A DNA stretch of 60,919 nt from Hyphochytrium catenoides (Eukaryota > Protista > Hyphochytriomycota): assembly GCA_900088475.1 (NCBI GenBank), contig FLMG01000427.1, positions 1 to 60,919 of the forward strand, in the 5' to 3' direction. The notes under the pieces were generated by a model that was not told where the DNA came from, did no database searches, and was given only the letters and a program-made list of their open reading frames with translations. Shown piece by piece: positions 11,301-23,092 of the stretch; within the stretch, counting starts at the first letter, position 1, and each line of letters starts with the position of its first letter. A program made the translations under genes and the position numbers.

Positions 11301-13198
11301 TATCATCTCTCAACACAGCTGCTACCGACCCAGTCCAACAGACAGATGCTTCCTCGCTCCATCAGATTGTGGTGCAACCTCTTTCTCCTTCGTTGATGCT
11401 GCGGTGAGAGACAAAGTGGAGCTTACCACCAAGCTGTTAATGGCATTAGGAGGACGACCTATTGTCCTTCTCTTTCTTCTTCTTCTTCCTAGTAGTGCCG
11501 GCCCCGGACAAACCGATTCTATAAGAAGGCGGATGAAGTGACTGATGATCATCACAAGCAGGGGCGACGCACGTTAAGTCGTCCGGAGGCATGGGAAGCT
11601 TCCTTCTTCTTGGTGTTGGAGAAAGAAGTCTGTAAGAAGCTATGATGATGAAGGGCAAAAGCCCGCCAGAAGAGTGGTGAGATGGCCAAAGCAATAGTGG
11701 TGGTCGACCTGCTGTTGGCAATGGCAAGAAGCAAGAGGAGGAGACGAAAGTTACCAGGACAGGAGCTCCTCGCAACCAACAAAGAATCCTCCTCCTACCT
11801 ATTGCACCCAAGCCAAACCAGCGCTCAATCAAGAGGAAGGTCTAAGAAGAAGGGGAAGGATGTGGTCATCCTCCCTCCTCTCCGAGCAGAGTCCTAAGAT
11901 CTTTACAATGAACAGATTAATGAGACTGATGTATCCGATATAAAACCTTATCGATGATGATGGTGTTAATGAGTAGACGACGACGACGAGGAGCACCAGC
12001 TCAGAACAACCGTGGCTATGGACGATGATGGTTCAGAATGAGGTGAGTTGAAAGTTTTGCCAGCAGCGAGCAGCAGTGATGAAGACTGCAGAAATGCAAG
12101 AATAAAGGGAAAGCGCAACAGGGGCCTAGCTGCATCTTTCTGAAGCAGTGGAAGGACGTTGAAGGAGGGAAACAGCGGAGCCACCATCCGAGAGTACCAA
12201 AACATAAGAAACACGCGGGAGAATGGAGGAGGAGGAGGATGCAGAAGAGCAATAATAATGGCGCCACCATCCATCATCATCTGTATATATATATATATAC
12301 ATAGGGCATACTCCTCAGTCACAAGCCTTAGTAGTTACGATCATCATCTCATGATGATGTACTCCTCATCTCCACCTCGCTCCTTTTCTTCTTCATTTCT
12401 TGTTGGTCGTTGCATTGTTGCTCGCGGAGGACGGAGCAGCAACCACCTTCCTTCCTTTTCGTCTTCTTCTTCTCCGTCCTTCCCATTGTACTAGCACTAG
12501 CTTAGACAGCATACAACTCTTCTATCACGACGAGCAGCCCTGACTGCGCACTTCACTTCCTTTCTTCTTCTCTTTACCGTCATCGTCTTCTTCTTCTTTG
12601 CCTCTGATGAGTCGTCGAGCTGCTGCTGCTGCCAACAAACCACTGCCTAGCGTTCTCTTCTTCGTTCTGTCATCTAGCCTTTAACCCAAGCTGGCAGGAG
12701 ATGTTGAACTCTTAAGGACCGAGATTAACAGAGGCATTTCTTTGGTTTGGCAGGGTTATCCTGGTGGCACAGGAAGCTTTCACGAAAACAAGATGTTTGG
12801 GTGTGAACACAGACTTTTCTTGTCGTACTCGGTAGGTTCTTTTAGGGAAAGAGCGGAGTATATTCGGGCAATGACTATTACTTTCGTACTTGGAAGCCGT
12901 TAGCTCCCTATGAAGCTTGCAGTTGAAGCGACTGATCTGATCTTTGATCGTCGCTCTGTCTGTCGCTCTGCTCTGTCATCGGCCGTCTGATCGCCGTCAC
13001 ATCTCATGCATGAAGAGATAGACAGAGCATCTGGAAGAGGTGATCAGGCGCCTATGATCTCTGCAAGCAGGCACTTTCTCTTCTCCTGAAGTCTCTCACA
13101 TTCTGCTCCGTGGTCATTCTGTCAGAGTCTCTCGTTTAGGCTCTCTAGCCGGGATTTCTTGGTCTGCACGACGGAGAGTTGATCCTCTCCGTGGCTCT

Positions 13199-13657
13199 TC
13201 AAGGCATCCTTGCCCTTTCCCACTTTTGAGTGGAAGAACAGAGTACTCTTAGGGCAGGCTCGGAGGGCTCAAAGGGCATGGGTACCTTCCGATAGACAGC
13301 ATGAGTCCTAGTCGGTTCTGCTTGGGACAAGTGCTTTCTGGTCGCCACCGTAGGACAAATAATACCGGCAAATAACGGACAAGCAAGAGAAGTACTACCC
13401 GCCGGGGTCTGCAAGAGACCATGGAAGGACCACAAGCCGCGATCACTGAGGCCGAGCCATTCCGGCAGTTCTGCGTGATCGTATGTAACCATGGACCATG
13501 CCATTTCTTGGAATTCCCTGGTTGCAACGATCACGGCCTTTACACCGTGGCTGTTCCCGGAGGCCATGCGAAATGTCCTAGCTGTGATGTGAGTGTCATA
13601 CAGCCGGTGTGATCGGCCTGCTCTAACTCCAGACGGCCTTTTAGCAGCTTTGTTCAT
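13199..13657 (-). CDS. Hypothetical 152-aa ORF divergent from the 14129 gene
   Basis: ATG-initiated ORF of ordinary composition; no recognised motif. Confidence 0.2.
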   Translation of the reverse strand: MNKAAKRPSGVRAGRSHRLYDTHITARTFRMASGNSHGVKAVIVATREFQEMAWSMVTYDHAELPEWLGLSDRGLWSFHGLLQTPAGSTSLACPLFAGIICPTVATRKHLSQAEPTRTHAVYRKVPMPFEPSEPALRVLCSSTQKWERARMP

Positions 13658-14128
13658 CTCTTACTCTAGTATATTCTCGAGGTTACGCCCCTTCCTTTCA
13701 GCCCGATAGACTCTCTCCCTCTCTCGGCATGGCCTCTGATTCTCTAATCATCCTCTTCTATTTTTCTTAGTCAAGCACGGACACTTCTAAACCCTTCAAT
13801 AAAGGCTGCAGAGAGTGTCAGAAGAAGACTGAGATTGGCCTTTGGGCCACAACGAAGAAAGAGGTAGATGACCTATTGTTTGAACCTTAGGAAGACTTAG
13901 TAAAGCGATCTCTAAGCCTCCAACCCCCGAAGTCGCCCTTGCGCTGTGAATGTCCAACGCCTTGCTCTTTATCTCCCTCGATTGTTTTTGAAACTGTTCC
14001 CTCGCGTTCTTCCTCATCTTCGCGCACACTATTTCTTTTGCCTCTCTCTCTTATTCAATGCTTCGTGCCTAGTACCTCTCTCTCCAAAGTTTCCACCGCT
14101 CAATTCTTCCTCGCAGGTGGAATCGGCG

Positions 14129-17100
14129 ATGGACTACTTCCCCAGTAGTGAGGATAAGATTCAACATACCATCCTCAAGTGCGAGAAGTGTAACAGCTTT
14201 ATCTTTCCAGCCTTCAGGTAATGGCGGCAATAGGGTTGACCGCCACCTCAGAGCAGGGTCTAAGCGCCTCTTTTCTATGTACTGCACAATAGAGATCAGC
14301 TTACCCTGCGGACATCCTCGGGTCCTTTAACTGCAGCTGGAGACCGGGTCCTGAAGGTTCCTCGATAATCTACATCTTGCTCTTCCCTTATGTTATGACC
14401 TGACCGATTCTCTACTCTTTAAGCGCTGCTACTAACTGTGTAGCGACTCCATTTTTTCTTCTTTGGTTTGCCCCTTTTTGAGTCAGTGTTGGCTCTACTT
14501 CCTGAGCTTCTGTTTACCTGTCGCCGTTGTTTTGCTCTGCTGTCTCACTTGTCGCGGAATGCTAGTGTCTATTGACCTCTTTTCTGCAGGTTTCAAGCTA
14601 CCAGATCAAGATGCCTCATCTGCCCGGTTGCCCAAGAAAGGGAATGCCCCCGAAGATGGTTTCTGTTAGGCTCACCCGAGAGGAACTGAAGTTCCTTATA
14701 GAAAGAATTGATAATTGCCCCGAGGTATGCTCTGCGCCTGTATCTGTCGTCGAAAAGTGAGGGAAGGACCACCTTTGATAGAGTGCGTAGTAAAGGTGGC
14801 ATTGCAGTATGAACGAGCAGTTCCATAAAGACAGAGCGAAGAACCCTGTTTTCGGTGCAGCTTTCTTTACTTCGCTTTATGGCGAAAGAAAACTGCCAAG
14901 AGTGAGACTGGCGCTCACCATGTCTTACTGACCGCCTGCCTTAGGCCAAACTTCTGACAGAGCCTCAATATCTGAGGCGGAACCTTGCAGCTCCGGATTC
15001 AGAGAATCATCTCCATCAAATGTACCTCTGCATGTTGTCTGCTGTCGTCTCCGCCTATGCTTTCGAAAATAATAGCGTACAACAAGCACTGAATGAGGTA
15101 CAGAGTCTTACGCCGTCCCTTCGTAAATCAACGCCTTCTATTTATTCACCTGTTGACGCAGCTCTGCGCTTATAGTTGTTTTGTGTGTTCCTCAACTGGT
15201 CGTTCTTTTTGTCTGTGCGCTGAGGTTTCCAAGCTTAAGCTTATCTCTAGTCACTATTGGGTCTAAGGGTGTCTTCCTATTTGGGGCCGCTGTGGGGACA
15301 CATGTGATATTCTGGTGTTGCTAGATTGTTCCCACGGCGATGACTTTCGATTTTGACCTTTCTCATGGCTCTTCACTTCCTTCCTCACGCTCCTCTTTGC
15401 CCTTCAGATTGACCGCATCTTTTCCATATGTCGGCCCCTGTCTCTCTTTTGCGATTGGTCTCCCCCAAGAGAACCTCCCGAAAAGCCCATCGTTGTAGGT
15501 GCCGACGCTGTATCGGCCTCCACTGAGTACAGTGAGCGATACAAAGCCTCCAGGTTCTTAGCCAATTTCTTTCCAGGGCGAAATAGCTTCTCGTGCCTTG
15601 TCATCCGCTCCTTTATCGCTGTAAAGATGCTATTGAGTCTCTTGTGATGCCCTTCTCTCTGTTCTCTTTGGAGCTCTTGTGGTGGCAGACTTGTGCCACG
15701 AATATATTTCTGACGGCCATCTAATTGCTTATTCCGTCTCTGTATAGGGTTCTAGATGACTCTAGCTCAAGCTTCTGGAAATCCGGCTTTAGACCCGGAG
15801 CCACGAATCTGACGCTTGACCTGACGACTCCCTTCCAGCTCTCCGCAGTGGTCATTAGGTGGCACCGAAACCACCTTGCACCTCGCTACTCTGTGCAGGT
15901 CTCGGACCTGGGTGTCTCTTGGAAGACGGTATCGGAAGTGCTAGAAACCGAACTGGAAGTGCGGTTACCTCTCCGAGGGGTAAGAGAACCACCACACGCA
16001 TCATATCGTGAACTTCGCTTAACCTGCTTCAAAAAATGCTCAGAAGATTTGTCTCTCTCTTGTCCACGTGCCATATATCCTGCTGATGCCTTGTTCCAGG
16101 TCGTGTCGCGGTTTGTCCGTATCTATATCAATTCCCCTCCACCGCCGACCAATGGTGAGCCAACACCACCGCGAGATATCCTCGACATCCCCTTTACTGC
16201 TCTCCATGGAGAGTTTCTAAGATGGCTGCTTTGACTTGCGTATCACCAGTCCTTACCAGAGGGTTCTCTGTCCTTGTCGCGCCACACCACTCTCCTTACT
16301 TTCCACAAGTCATGCCATTTTCCATTCCGTCGCGTTGTCGACTGTCATGTCTAAGGACAACCATGTATGCTGTCTGATTTATGGTCCTCTCTCGTCTCTA
16401 GAGGGCCATTATGCCATTGAATACTTCCAGGCATACACCCCTCAAATGGAGAGTCCTTATGTACCAGCTGGTCAGACGCTACAAGATCTGCAACGCTGGC
16501 TCGTCGCAGCAGCCTCGTCAGCTTCCTACGAAATAAGAGATAAAGCCATACAATGTCTTGAGGTAAGTGTAGGTTGATAGTGGCCTTTCTGGCTTAGGTA
16601 TGCTATCGTGCTCTCTGCTCAAACCTTTTGCCTTTTTGTTCCTCGTTCGTTTACCTTTGCTTTTCTACTGCTCCCGTCCTTGGAGGGGTTATGGGCAGCT
16701 TAGCAGGCCAGCCTGCCGCATTACTGACCATCTGCACCTTAGAAACTGGCTTTAGCTTCCGGCTCACTCACCGCCCTTCTCCGGCTGGTATCTGTGTTGG
16801 TTGGAAATGATCCAGAGGACGATCAGATGTCCAAAGTAAGTTAATCGGTTCATAGTATAAGAAGTGACCTGGACACCGTGTCGAGAGCTAGTTCGCCCTA
16901 CCGGCACCTGGTTAGAAGATCCTTCATCAGAGAACATGCGGGCCCTATCGTTCAACTCTTCTCTTCTTAACACTGACTTAACCCATTTCCACGCGGCTTA
17001 GGAAACTGTGGAGTCCTCTGAGCAGTGTCTGGCGTACTTGAATGGTCACGCAACAAAGCTTCTGGAGATCAACTCCGCAGTTTCGGCAGCTGCGGCGGCA

Positions 17101-19546
17101 GCGAATGAATTCTTCGGTAAGGCCAGGGCATCGGAATAACGCGCTTTAATAATGACTCTTGTATCTTTGCGACTACCAATCTGTCGCCCTGCACTTCGTC
17201 TTCATCTTCAAGTAAAACACCCTTTAACAATGACGACATAGATTTGACTTTGTCCAGTGAAAGGATGAAAAGCCCCTCTGGCAGTCCCCAGAAGAGGACC
17301 AAACACCGAGTTTTTAGCCCAAATAGAGAATCCTCACCTAAGAGCTTGGGCAAGACTGCGAAGGTAAACCAAAAAGATCACTTCCAACAACTCGTGCAAC
17401 TTCCTGGTGCAAACGTTATGGATCTCGTTCCAAGATGCCTCAGGGCCCTTTCAATCCAAACTGAGCAGCCTGGTGATCTCTGTCTTCTCTTCTTCAGCCC
17501 TCAGTCAGCTCGAAGCGGCGCTGCGCGTTCTCAATAGTAGAGAACCTAGGTAAGCTTGGAGGGGCCCACATGCAGGCCATGCAGCGGCTGGAGCAGTCCA
17601 ATGTATCTGGCCTCGGAAAAGACACGGAGGCCCTACCGCTAGAAGAGCCCTTTTCCATAGAAGTCTGCCCAGAGACATTTGAACTATGTCACGTCCTCCT
17701 CATGCAGACAATCAGAGCGCTAGGGTTAGGTGAGTGACCAAATGTTATCAATGGGAGGTATGTATATTTTATTGAACATCCCCATATTTTTCGATAATGT
17801 AGAGACAGAGGAAGGGGATACCGCCACGGCCTCAACCGAGGAAACTGGAACGAGGCAATGGCCTCCGGGTAGATCTGATCCTGTACTTAGAAACCTTCAG
17901 ATCAAGATTAGTCTCTCTCCTCTCCAGACTCTTCTGGGCAGAAGTGATAGTCACCAACTGCAAGCAATGGGGCTTGCCATTCTGCAGGTGAGCACAGAGC
18001 TGAACTGAAAACTATAGCATCCAAAGGAACCTTCACAAATTCTGGCCCGTCGGCATTTTCTAACCTTTGCCGTCCACATCGGCTCGTGAGGGGCCTTTGA
18101 AGCCAATCGCCTGTTCAAACGTATGTTGCTATCTCTTACCTTGCCTTATGCACCTTTCTCAAGGTCATCACGGTTAACTTGCGCCGCTTGGTGGTGTCAC
18201 GCGTTGATCCAAGGGAGGTTGGAGTCACTGCAGCAGGTAGAGCGCTTACTAAGTTCCTTTGGCTTGCTGCTTCTTTTCCGATTATGTGCTCTGCGAGCTC
18301 TTTTGCCTCTTCAGTCCCAATTGCGGACTTAGGGTTCGTCATATGTCCCCTGCCTAAATACTATCTTTCTCTCTTACTTGAATGGAGGGACTAGTTGATG
18401 TTTGGTAAGCTCCGCTTAATCTAACCCACTGTTCTCGTTCTTTAGAGATACGGCCTGGGGCTCCAACCCTTACTCCACTCATTAGCACCCTTGAGCAGCT
18501 TATAGTGGCAGGCTCCAGAGGAAAAGAATGGCAGGCTCTTTATCCACTATCTTTGCAGGTAAAGGTGATGCAGGCAACAGATTAGTGCCAAAAGCTGGCT
18601 GTGTATAGGGTTACCATCAAGACAAAAATGGAAGTGGACATACGGGATCAGCACATCTATTCACAATCATGAATCTAAGAAGTTCTCCCTTCTGCGTAGG
18701 CGGCGGCAGCCATTGAGGTCGGTCTTGAGGCGCTCTACCCATCAACGCAGGAGAGAACGGAGATCTTGACCTCGAAGATGGGAAAAGGCGCAACGCTAGA
18801 ACTTCAGTTCCGTTGGCCTGCACAGGAAACAGATCAAGACGATGCGCGATATGAAAGGCTAGTCTTACTGCTGCAGGTAAGAATATCACAAATAGATGAA
18901 GGCGCTGGGGCAGAGCCTCCCTGTCCTATGGGGTTGCTCATTGCCATGATCCTGCAACTCTGCTGAACTTATTCTTCATCCTGCATCTTATCATTGGAGT
19001 TTTCTGCCGCTGAGCAGCTCGAGTCGCCCCTCATCTACCATCAGCTTTCTTAGTACCATAGTGTTATCTAGGTCATTTGTGCACTTCGACGTTTAGTGTT
19101 TGTGCCATGCCATCCACCCTTTCATTGTCCCTGTACTGATTCCTCGTTCCTCGAAGCTGGAATGCAATACGCGAGTTTTCCGCAACGCACTTCGTGGAGA
19201 GTGGAAGAGGTTTATGCACCTTGTTATTGGGCTTCCGGAAAGCGTGGACGCAGCAGCCACGCTCCAGAGCATGGTTGCTGACTGCATCAATCGTGCAGGC
19301 TTCTCTAACTGGCAAGTGGTGGCTGGTGCGCAAGAAATATCAATCAATCTACAGCGCCATTTGCGATGGAACAGAACTGAGAAGATGGGCACCGATTCTG
19401 GTGTTGGATGGCTTAGGGTCTATCCCCAGGCTGTCGGGTCCTTTGAGGACGTTGTTCAAGAGGTAGAGACGTTCATCACGGCGACCAAAGAGGAGGAGAA
19501 GCTGACACTCGAAGCTACACGAGAAGGAAGCGGAATGCCCTTATAA
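14129..19546 (+). CDS. ~17-exon, ~840-aa protein: N-terminal CxxC...HxxxC, F5/8-type-C (discoidin/galactose-binding-like) domain, HERC/HECT-ligase-like helical scaffold motifs; no HECT domain
   Basis: A chain of phase-compatible GT-AG exons: MDYF..CEKC..; KMPHLPGCPRKG; AVSASTEYSERYKASR|VLDDSSSSFWKS..LTLDL..LSAVVIRW..YSVQVSD.G.SWKTV..SRFVRIYI (discoidin pattern); KLALASGSLTALLRLV; EPFSIEVCPETF; VNLRRLVVSRVDPREVG; stop TAA at 19544-19546. Confidence 0.75.
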
Positions 19547-20718
19547 ATTATTGGCGGCCCATAGGGAAGCACCAGCACCCCAGAGACGTACATGAAAAAG
19601 CTGGACGTGACCCCTAGTCCTCAACTAGCAGTCGACACGCTTTCCCACCGAACTGAACTCTAGTGCACTGAGTGGCTGCCTGTCTTTACCTGCTGGAGTA
19701 GGTGTCTGCAATCTTGGACTCACACATGAGAATCATTATAGTGCTTATTAGCCGCTAAAAACGAAAGAGGATGTTTATAAAAAGCTTCCCCTGGTGAAGG
19801 TGGAAGGATGATACCTTTCTTTGAACTCTCATTACTACTGCCCTCTTACTCTCATCACTGTCGGCGTCCTCCTCCATCCTTCTTTGTTCATGTCCCATTG
19901 CACTTATTTCAATCGGTATGAGGTGTGTGTGTGTGTAGTTGCACTATTAACTAAGGGAAGCGCAAAAATCCTGCTATACCACCAACTAGGTAAGCTGCTG
20001 CGCCGTCAAGCAAACCGCCAGGAGCGACTCAAAGCGCTGCTGACAACAACCCGCGGCCAGGCTGAGGCTGAAAGATCTTGGAAAGAAGATCCTGATGACC
20101 TTGAGATCCACGACACCTTGAACAGAGAAGATCCACACCTTGAACACCTGATATTACTTGTAACGGATCCAGGTGTCCTGGAGGAGGTGTGGAGTGGCTG
20201 ATTTGGTTATTAGTCGCCCTTTCCGCGACCTTTCCGCTGGACCTTATTACTCTTTCCTTATCGGCGATCCACATCATGCCCCAAAGGGCTTTTTGAGCCT
20301 AGTTTGATGTTAAGGATCGTTCAAGAACTTTTTATCTTGCTTCTGCTGCTGTTGCGGCTGCCACTTCCTGTTGCTGCTAAAGGTGCATCATGTTCATCAC
20401 GCCTGGCCTGGCGGCCCTGCAAGGAGGAGAAGAGAGATCTTTCCTGCAGGAGCAACATTACCCCTGGCAAAGCACCACAGGCAGCCGCAGCATCGTGCAG
20501 AGAAGAAGTAGTAGGATTGGCGTCAATAGCAGAAGAGGAGGTTGAAAGGAGAAGGTGGTGGTGGCGAAGAAATCATCCTCCTGCCAGAAGTGAAGTGGCA
20601 AGCAAAGGCAACAAGACCTGGAGTGCGGTGCGAAATAGCCAGCCGCTGCCTCTATCAACCTTTGATTGCTAGAAATCTAGCCTACTACTAGATAGCGAGT
20701 TCTCTTCTGCCAAAAAAC

Positions 20719-21198
20719 ATGGTCAATAATGCGGCAGCCGAGGCCTCTCAGAGACCAAACGAGCCTGTCCCAGAGTATCTTGTGAGCCCGCCTTTCACAG
20801 TCAAACGGGATGGCAAGAGTCTACCCTTGGTCGCGCTTACTAGGCGGGATGGTTTCAACCGTCTGGGTCTGATGCTACTCTTCTCGGACCACCTAGGGGA
20901 GGAAGGCTTGCGCCCTTGGGCCCATATGTGGTGTTCAGAGGAAAGCCCTCTGGATATTGCTCTAAATGGAAACGCCATGTGGGCCATTCTGACGAAGCCA
21001 GTTTATGACAACGCAGAGAGACAAGCGATGAGACAGGATGAGGTCGTGGTGGACGTGGAGAGCTGTCGAGCGGAAGTGCAAGAAATGATGAGAGAAGGGC
21101 TTCTTGTATTTACCCGCAAGGTATCAGCCCGCGTTCGTCTTCCAATCTTCAGAGTTGAGAAGCTTGACCAGTGGACAATGAGAGAGATCGCCGTATGA
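20719..21198 (+). CDS. Hypothetical 159-aa intronless protein
   Basis: ATG preceded by an A-rich context (aaaaaacATG); globular-looking composition; no recognised family. Confidence 0.35.
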   Translation: MVNNAAAEASQRPNEPVPEYLVSPPFTVKRDGKSLPLVALTRRDGFNRLGLMLLFSDHLGEEGLRPWAHMWCSEESPLDIALNGNAMWAILTKPVYDNAERQAMRQDEVVVDVESCRAEVQEMMREGLLVFTRKVSARVRLPIFRVEKLDQWTMREIAV

Positions 21199-22069
21199 TG
21201 AGGCGCCTAGGAGAAGCTCAGTCTTCAGAAGAAGAGATGCACTCCTAGAAGCTACCACTGATAATAGACCAGCAGCGACTTCTACAGCTACAAGAGCGAA
21301 ATGGTGACGGATAGATGTACATCGACCCGACATTAAGCCCACTATCGACCACTGGGGAGACAGGATATGGCTCAGTTGTTTGTCGCTTGTCACAAGTCGT
21401 CATCATCGCATGGTGAACTGTCCCCTCACCACGATTCATTAATCATATACAACCCAGTTCACTGTGAGCAAGAGAGGGCATATGACACTTACCCATAAAG
21501 CGAGAAAGAGCGGGAACAATTCGTCATTCAAAGTCTCCTCTTCGAGAGCTGTTCTGTATTATGGAGGACGAAAGGAGGGCAGAACTCATTATAAGGCAAG
21601 CGGCATCGACATCATGAATTAAATAACGCATCACTCCAGTGGACAACACAACGATTCGCTGCCAGAGAATTGTCATTGCATGGCTGAGCTGTTAGCACCA
21701 CTCTGACATAATACAAGAGGCTCAGCTCCGCGAGCGCCAAGGGGGACTGATGGACAAGGGGCATGAGACTGCATCTTCTCAACAGATCAAGATCAGCATC
21801 TCCTCCTGCTGCTTTTTGCTGTTTGTTGCGTGGAAGATATTCTAGGAGCGAGGGCAGTTATTGCCAAGAACCCTGACGATTGCAGCGGCGAACAGATAGA
21901 GGCGAGGGCAGCGATACGCTTCGTCGGCTGGGACCGACGGACCTTCCTGCTGGATAATAGCGTTTCCTTCCACCAGCGGCACCACCACGTCTGCTGGTAC
22001 AGGCAAGGTTGGGATTTGCTAAACGTTGCTGTTGATGATGGATTGCGGCAGCACCACCGACCTGGAAGA

Positions 22070-22570
22070 AAAGGGAGAGTGGGCAGAGGAGAGAGCAAGG
22101 GAGAGAGAAAGATACAGACAGACAAAGAGATTGAGATAATTCGAGAGAAAGAGGAGGGAGAAAGAGAGGAGAGAGAGAGAGAGAGAACAGAGAGACAGAG
22201 GGAGGGGGCGGCGAGAAAACAGAGAAAAGAGAAAGAAGAGGAGAAAAAAAGACGTCCTCAACCTGGACACCGCATCAAAATGTAAATAGATACTTTAGAA
22301 CCGTAATGTGCTACATAACATAAACGACCACAAGGTAGACAAGACCCCCTATTTACAGTTTCGGGCAGAAGGTACAGTTTGACAGGCGTTACAATGTAGC
22401 GAAGTGGTCAACTGAGAGGAGAGAGAGGAGAGGAGAGAGAGANNNNNNNNNNNNNNNNNNNNNNNNNNNNNNNNNNNNNNAGAGAGAGAGAGAGAGAGGA
22501 AACGGACAGAGACAGACTGGTGGGGCTGTAAGAGGGAGAGAAAGAGACGGAGAGAGATAGCGCAGAGGAG
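22070..22570. repeat. (GA)n tract with assembly gap 22443-22480
   Basis: GA runs on + strand seen directly. Confidence 0.85.
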
Positions 22571-23092
22571 GGAAGAGAAATGCAACAGGCCCAGCGGATG
22601 CTAAGGACGGAGGGGGACGGACTCCAAGAGGGCTAAGATGAAGAAAGCGGAAGAAGAAGTGGAAGAAGAGGCGTTTGACTCTGGAGAGCATGGGTTCAAC
22701 TAAAGAGAGAGACACAAAGACACAACACAGCGGCCCGAAGTCCAGGATAGGTTGGGGCTCACGCATCTTCTTATCGCCCGCCGCGGGAGCGTAGCTAACG
22801 GCTGCAGCGAGCATCGACGACTCTACAGGACCGCTGAGAAGAGAGAATAGGTTCCGGACAGAGAAGACTTCCTAGTCTTCGTTGATCATTGTCCCTCGCC
22901 TTGTTGGTGAAGTCTATCGCTCAGCACCCTCAGGAATCATTCTAGCGCTAATCCTCGCTCTCTCTCTTACAAGGACTGCATATATAGCCGTATCCTCTGG
23001 CAGAACTATATTCCAGCGGTGTCAAACTTCGTTGTTGCAAAGTGTTCACGCTTTCGTCTCTCGCAAGAGGAGAGAGACGGAGGGCGCTCAAG

